This document shows positions 57,820-64,000 of a stretch of 64,000 nucleotides of DNA, piece after piece. The number at the start of each line of letters is the position of its first letter. The stretch's first letter is position 1. The translations under genes were made by a program, and so were the position numbers. The stretch lies in the NCBI GenBank assembly GCA_002269645.1, contig NIVC01000599.1, positions 1-64,000 of the forward strand. The letters run 5' to 3'. Under the pieces are notes generated by a model. It was not told where the DNA came from, ran no database searches, and saw only the letters and a list, made by a program, of their open reading frames with translations. The stretch comes from Macrostomum lignano. Taxonomy: Eukaryota.

Positions 57820-60800
57820 TCATCGCATAGAGTGGGAAAAGTCAGAGATCGCCCTGCTGAGCAGTCGAATGCCCTCCGTAATAGTCGGAATCGTGCCGGA
57901 CAGAAACTTGTTCCACACCGCCTTGTTGCTTTTAAACTGCTGGCCAAGCAGGTCTTCAAGTACGTACATCAGCACCTTGTTCAGCGTCTGCGGTTCATTG
58001 TTGGGTGGTTGAACTAGTTGGTGCATGACGATCTAGTAACAGTACGACATACCGTATCGGGCCTCTTGATACTCGGCAACTAAGAACGTCAAGAACTTCA
58101 ACGGTTCCTGCCGAAACAGAATTGCATTGAAAATCTACTCTATCCACCAACTCACTATCTCAACCTACTCTACCTGCACCTACTCTTTCAACCCCTACTT
58201 TTTCTACCAACCTTCTTTATCTACAAAACATACTCTGTCTATCAATTTACTCTATCAACCTGCTCTGTCTATCAATTTACTCTATCAACCTGCTCTGTCT
58301 ATCAATTTACTCTATCAACCTGCTCTGTCTATCAATTTACTCTATCAACCTGCTCTGTCTATCAATTTACTCTATCAACCTGCTCTGTCTATCAATTTAC
58401 TCTATCAACCTGCTCTGTCTATCAATTTACTCTATCAACCTGCTCTGTCTATCAATTTACTCTATCAACCTGCTCTGTCTATCAATTTACTCTATCAACC
58501 TGCTCTGTATATCAACCTGCTCTGTCTATCAATTTACTCTATCAACCTGCTCTGTCTATCAATTTACTCTATCAACCTGCTCTGTCTATCAATTTACTCT
58601 ATCAACCTGCTCTGTCTATCAATTTACTCTACCAACCTGCTCTGTATATCAACCTGCTCTGTCTATCAATTTACTCTATCAACCTGCTCTGTCTATCAAT
58701 TTACTCTATCAACCTGCTCTGTCTATCAACCTGCTCTGTCTATCAATTTACTCTATCAACCTGCTCTGTCTATCAACCTGCTCTGTCTATCAATTTACTC
58801 TATCAACCTGCTCTGTCTATCAATTTACTCTATCAACCTGCTCTGTCTATCAATTTACTCTATCAACCTGCTCTGTCTATCAATTTACTCTATCAACCTG
58901 CTCTGTATATCAACCTGCTCTGTCTATCAATTTACTCTATCAACCTGCTCTGTCTATCAATTTACTCTATCAACCTGCTCTGTCTATCAATTTACTCTAT
59001 CAACCTGCTCTGTCTATCAACCTGCTCTGTCTATCAATTTACTCTATCAACCTGCTCTGTCTATCAATTTACTCTATCAACCTGCTCTGTCTATCAATTT
59101 ACTCTATCAACCTGCTCTGTCTATCAATTTACTCTATCAACCTGCTCTGTCTATCAACCTGCTCTGTCTATCAATTTACTCTATCAACCTGCTCTGTCTA
59201 TCAATTTACTCTATCAACCTGCTCTGTCTATCAACCTACTCTATCTACCAACCCTTTTTGTCTACCAACTTACTCTATCTATTAACCTACTCTACCAAGC
59301 TTTTCTTTCTATCAACCTACTCTATCTACCAACCTACTCTGTCTATCAACCTACTCTATCTACCAACCTGCTTTTTCTATCAATCTACTTTATCCATCAA
59401 CCTACTTTATCTATCAACCTACTCTGTCTACCAACTTACTCTGTCTATCAACCTACTCTATCTATCTATCAACCCACTGTCTACCAACCTACTCACGTCT
59501 ACCAACCTACTCTGCCTATCAACCTACTTTGTCTACCAACCTACTCACAGCAAAATTGTCCGTCCGGATGCCCCGTCGCCCATGCGAGCGGCCAATCTCG
59601 GTCAGCAGCTCCTCAGAGGACTGTCGGTCGCGCAAGTCGGCGATGACCGAGTCCAGCATGTTCACCACCCTACGGCCGTGTGTCCTCAACGCCGGGTCGC
59701 CGCGCAGCTGGTCGAGTGGCCTCTGGCGAAACTTCGAGAACAGCTCCTGCTCTTCGGGGTACAGCTCGAACAGTCTGGGAGGATTGAGTTTGAGACAGTG
59801 CCGGAGACGAATTGGTTTTGTTAGTCAAGAATCAGTACAGCGGCAAATTAGGAATAGTTGTAACCATGCAGCTCTGATTAAATTAGTCATCGGGTTGAAG
59901 GTCCCTAAGGTGCTGAATATCCAGAAGGCCCCAAAGGTCTCGAAAGTCCTGAAGGTCCCGTAGGTGCTGAACGTACTGAGGTTTTTGTTCTTGGGGTGGT
60001 AGCCTAGTGGTTAGAGCATCGGACTCACGATTGAAAGATCGGGGGTTCGATTCACGATCACACTAGGAACAATCTGTGTCCTTGAGTAAGACATTTAACT
60101 CTGCATTACTTTAATCCACCCAGCTGTAAAATGGGTGCCAGCATTAGCTGGGGTAATTGAGGATGTGTGTGGCGACCCCCCCCCCAGTCCTTGGACTGAA
60201 CAGCCGTAGTCGCAACCTTCAGATGCGCCGCGCAATAGCTGCGGCTGAGCTGTTGGTTGCACATCTGCCCAATTGGGGCAGGTGTAATCAATTATTATTA
60301 TCGAGTAAGGGGAGTGGATTGGCTGCATGGGCGAGGTCACGGAGTACAAAATGGGTGTTCCCCGAACTGCCTCTCCATGCATGTGCATGTCGAAGGTCGA
60401 AAAGGTTCCAAAGGTCTTGATAGAAAGTCCCAAAGATCCCAAAGGTTGCGAAGTTCCCGAAGGTCGATGATAAATGATTTGAACTTTTAGATGGTATGCA
60501 GATGGTAAAAGTCTATCAACCTGGAATCGTTAGTTAATAAATCGACTATCGCTGGGCAGTTTTGAATTTGAATTGTTCACGAATCTCAACCCGGAAAATT
60601 TGTTTAATTTGATTGTTTGTTAATTTGTTTGAGACTCGTTTTCGGTAGATAACTGCTCTATCAGTTATAGAACTACTGATGACTTCACAGTAAACCTCTG
60701 GGAAGCTATCTAGGATCTATAGAAAATCTGCTAAGTGACTCCATCTGCTCTAAAACTACTCTAAACCTACTCTATCTACTCAAAACCTACTTCATCTACC

Positions 60801-61224
60801 CAAAACCTACTCCACTGATACTCAATACCTACTCCATCTACCCAAAACCTACTCTATCTACTCGAATGCTACCCCACCTACCCAAAACCTACTCCATGTA
60901 ATCAAAATCTACTTCACCTACTCAAAACCTACTCAATCTACTCGTAAGCAACTATCTACTAAGAAATACTCAAAATCTACTTAAAACCTACTCCATCTAC
61001 TGAAAACCTACTCAATCTACTCAAAGTTGACTGAGATGCAGTGAGATACAGCGGCAGACTCACTTAATAAAGATTTTCTCTCCCAGCTGCTCCTTGTTGG
61101 CCATTGCGGCATGCCAGCCTTCGCTAACTACGCCAGTCTCCTGTATGCTCAGCAGCATCGCCATCGCGCGGGTTATCGATTCTCCAGCGCCCTTGTGGGG
61201 TGTGCGGCCGACTCCAGATTGCAT
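57820..61224 (-). CDS. Single-domain globin; exons 61224 (or ATG 61164)-61064, 59774-59549, 57987-57820; 164-184 aa
   Basis: Spliced: ...LSIQETGVVSEGWHAAMANKEQLGEKIFIK|LFELYPEEQELFSKF...LRTHGRRVVNMLDSVI...IGRSHGRRGIRTDNFA|TLNKVLMYVLEDLLGQQFKSNKAVWNKFL. A-helix W, CD1 F, E7 H and F8 H are present; introns at B12.2 and G7.0 with GTGAG donors. Confidence 0.9.
58130..59545. repeat. 30-bp minisatellite (TCTATCAATTTACTCTATCAACCTGCTCTG) with degenerate edges, globin intron 2
   Basis: Direct inspection; shorter variant units are interspersed. Confidence 0.93.
59993..60302 (+). mobile_element. tRNA-derived SINE with conserved central domain (CORE/Meta/V-type), in globin intron 1
   Basis: A box TAGCCTAGTGG, B box GGTTCGATTC, then GTGTCCTTGAGTAAGACATTTAAC and CCACCCAGCTGTAAAATGGG, and an ATTATTATTA tail. 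Confidence 0.75.
60755..61025. repeat. Degenerate CCTACTC(C/T)ATCTAC low-complexity repeat, globin intron 1
   Basis: Recurrent AAAACCTACTC..TCTAC motif. Confidence 0.7.
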
Positions 61225-61844
61225 GCCTATAGCAGCTCTATATGTATCTTCATCCGCAGCCAACCCCAGCCCCCGACCTGCTCAGCTCAGCCAAAGAGAG
61301 TCGGAACTAAGAAACTGGAGTAATGAACTCTTGCTCACGCGTAGTGCTCAGAATGACATCATATACTGATTATACATTTTACTGAAAATAAATGAGTTAT
61401 TCAGCTATAAAATCAAAGAGGTCTCAGTTTCATTTGCCCGATCTTTGCTATTCCCGGCTGTGGGTCCCGGGCCTGCACCTTTGGTTGAACTATAATGCCT
61501 CCAGCGCCGTCCCCAAACCCAAGCCAATGTGATCTCCGTCTGCTAAAAATGTATGACACTGGGAGCTGAGACGCTGCATGCCCTGTCGGACTAAAAAGGG
61601 AAACATCTGGGAAGGCATTTCATGTGTTTCAGTATTTGGGAAGAGCTGCCCACCCGTCAGTGGGGAGGCATGCAGTGATGCTGTCTTACGCTTCTCATGC
61701 CCCATCCCCGGGGATTGGAGCACTGCTATATATGGCGCTTATGAGCGGTGGCCGGACCGCAAATAAAGGAAGAGATTCAGATGTCGGATAGATGCATGCT
61801 GACCTACTCGAATTGAATTATTATTTTGTAGTTGTACTGTATGA

Positions 61845-62038
<194 letters not shown>

Positions 62039-62689
62039 CAGCAGCTACTTACGGCATTAAATGCAAAATGATACAGTACAGTAATATCCCTGAGCAGTCT
62101 TAGGGAATGTCTGAAACAGACTTCATGCTTCGAGCGTGTAAAAAATGCTTGCAGTTCACTGCGTCACGACCTGCTGGGGGCATTAAGCCGATAGAACCAG
62201 TGAAGCGAGAGCGTTGCTTCCATTGACCATTAATTCAGAATTTGTTTCGGAATTCCTTCTTCTATTTATGGTGCCTTGGCCTGCAGTTCCGACAGTTCAC
62301 ATTCATTTGCACGGCTTGTGCTCGAAAATTGGCCCAGGGATTGTCGTGCAATTCGCACCAATGAGGGCCAACCCCGACCCGGCACAGAGACTGTACATGC
62401 CTGACGAGTAGAAAGTCAAAGGGCCGCTGTACACCCTGAGTGAGCGTGTGCATGAGTGCGTGCCTGCGTACATTGACGCTCTAGCATGTCAGCTTGGGAG
62501 TCAGCGGTATGGGCAGAACTGCCGCCCCAGTAGTTGTGGGGCGATGTCGCCGAAAGTCAGGGCGGCCCGCAGCCCTTATGCAATTATTATATTGCACTAC
62601 TCGTAACACACTACTGATGACGCATAATCAGTGCGAGAGGGTCAGAAAAATGTCTGATTTATTTGTCACCCACTGGTTAGTTCTCTGCT

Positions 62690-63425
62690 ACTGCTCTATG
62701 CTCTCTGTTGTCTATGCTCTATGCTCTCTGTTATCTATGCTCTATGCTCTCTGTTGTCTATGCTCTATGCTCTCTGTTGTCTATGCTCTATGCTCTCTGT
62801 TGTCTATGCTCTATGCTCTATGCTCTCTGTTGTCTATGCTCTATGCTCTATGCTCTCTGTTGTCTATGCTCTATGCTCTATGCTCTCTGTTGTCTATGCT
62901 CTATGCTCTATGCTCTCTGTTGTCTATGCTCTATGCTCTATGCTCTCTGTTGTCTATGCTCTATGCTCTATGCTCTCTGTTGTCTATGCTCTATGCTCTA
63001 TGCTCTCTGTTATCTATGCTCTATGCTCTCTGTTATCTATGCTCTATGCTCTCTGTTGTCTATGCTCTATGCTCTCTGTTATCTATGCTCTATGCTCTCT
63101 GTTGTCTATGCTCTATGCTCTCTGTTGTCTATGCTCTATGCTCTCTGTTGTCTATGCTCTATGCTCTCTGTTGTCTATATGCTCTATGCTCTCTGTTGTC
63201 TATATGCTCTATGCTCTCTGTTGTCTATGCTCTATGCTCTCTGTTGTCTATGCTCTATGCTCTCTGTTGTCTATGCTCTATGCTCTCTGTTGTCTATATG
63301 CTCTATGCTCTCTGTTGTCTATGCTCTATGCTCTCTGTTGTCTATGCTCTATGCTCTCTGTTGTCTATGCTCTATGCTCTCTGTTGTCTATGCTCTATGC
63401 TCTCTGTTGTCTATATGCTCTATGC
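62690..63425. repeat. Compound minisatellite of TCTATGC and TCTCTGTT(G/A) modules
   Basis: Direct inspection. Confidence 0.95.
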
Positions 63426-64000
63426 CATAGACAGATACGGTCAAGAAAAGTCCGATTTCCAGAGAGCATGCCAAATGCACTGGCGATAGACTAATACTAA
63501 TATGCGTTCCTGACAGGCCTCCGGCTCATTTCCAAGAAATTCGTGAGCAGCATCGTTTTACTTCGATTGTCAATGAGCTCACTCAGGGTGCACATCGGCT
63601 GTTTTTTTGTTTTTTTCTCTCTAGTCTATTTTTCCCTAGTCGAAACTGAAAGCATCTACTTATGGGCTATACGCTGTCGTTGACTATATGAAGTCTGCAA
63701 CCTCTGACATCAAACTCTTATTCGCAGCAATGGCTCCGGTCGCGTTACGGCATTCAATCATATTTTGCATCGACAGGAAAGGAAATAACCCTGGCTGGGT
63801 GTCAGGCTTTGAGCATAATTAAGTGATTTATGATGAGTCTGGCTCTGTTTAACGGCTGGCGAATTTTTCATTACTTCACCTTTTTACAGTTACTAGCCAA
63901 AAGTGCAAGCACCTGAGCACCCAGAGATAGTGCTGGCCAGCATGACATTATATCCAGGATCCGTATTTTCGTGATTGATTCACAATTCTGTATCAGTTGT

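Noticed and set aside
59993-60065. Possible tRNA gene (also 38940-39010)
   Set aside because: A/B boxes are present but I could not form a convincing acceptor stem, and both continue into SINE body and tail.

Overview
Eukaryotic, repeat-rich animal DNA, most likely a flatworm. This is inferred from the EF-hand/dynein-light-chain (TAL) gene, GC-rich exons in AT-rich DNA and short introns; a Macrostomum-like genome is plausible but unproven. Spliced host genes reconstructed by hand: a ZC3H3-like CCCH gene (partial), a TAL gene, a clan-3 cytochrome P450 with a ~3.1 kb 24-bp array in its intron, an intronless Myb/SANT-like + PARP-type ADP-ribosyltransferase (H-Y-E), GPR89 preceded by a tandem array of RFX X-boxes, and a 3-exon globin with canonical B12.2/G7.0 introns whose heme-binding exon is missing from the ORF track. 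The most striking structure is a 10.7-kb foldback-type DNA transposon (39318-50051). Its inverted arms are built from 187-bp tandem repeats. It encodes a predicted 817-aa five-exon protein (transposase-like N-terminus apparently lacking the DDE core, Q-rich repeat, Ulp1/SENP protease with intact catalytic residues, PHD finger). It sits inside a hAT-like MITE and itself carries a CCC-ended element, and all three nesting levels have readable TSDs. The rest is mariner, RTE, R1/LOA and Gypsy fragments, MITEs, SINEs and several large satellites. No rRNA, true tRNA or CRISPR array is supported.
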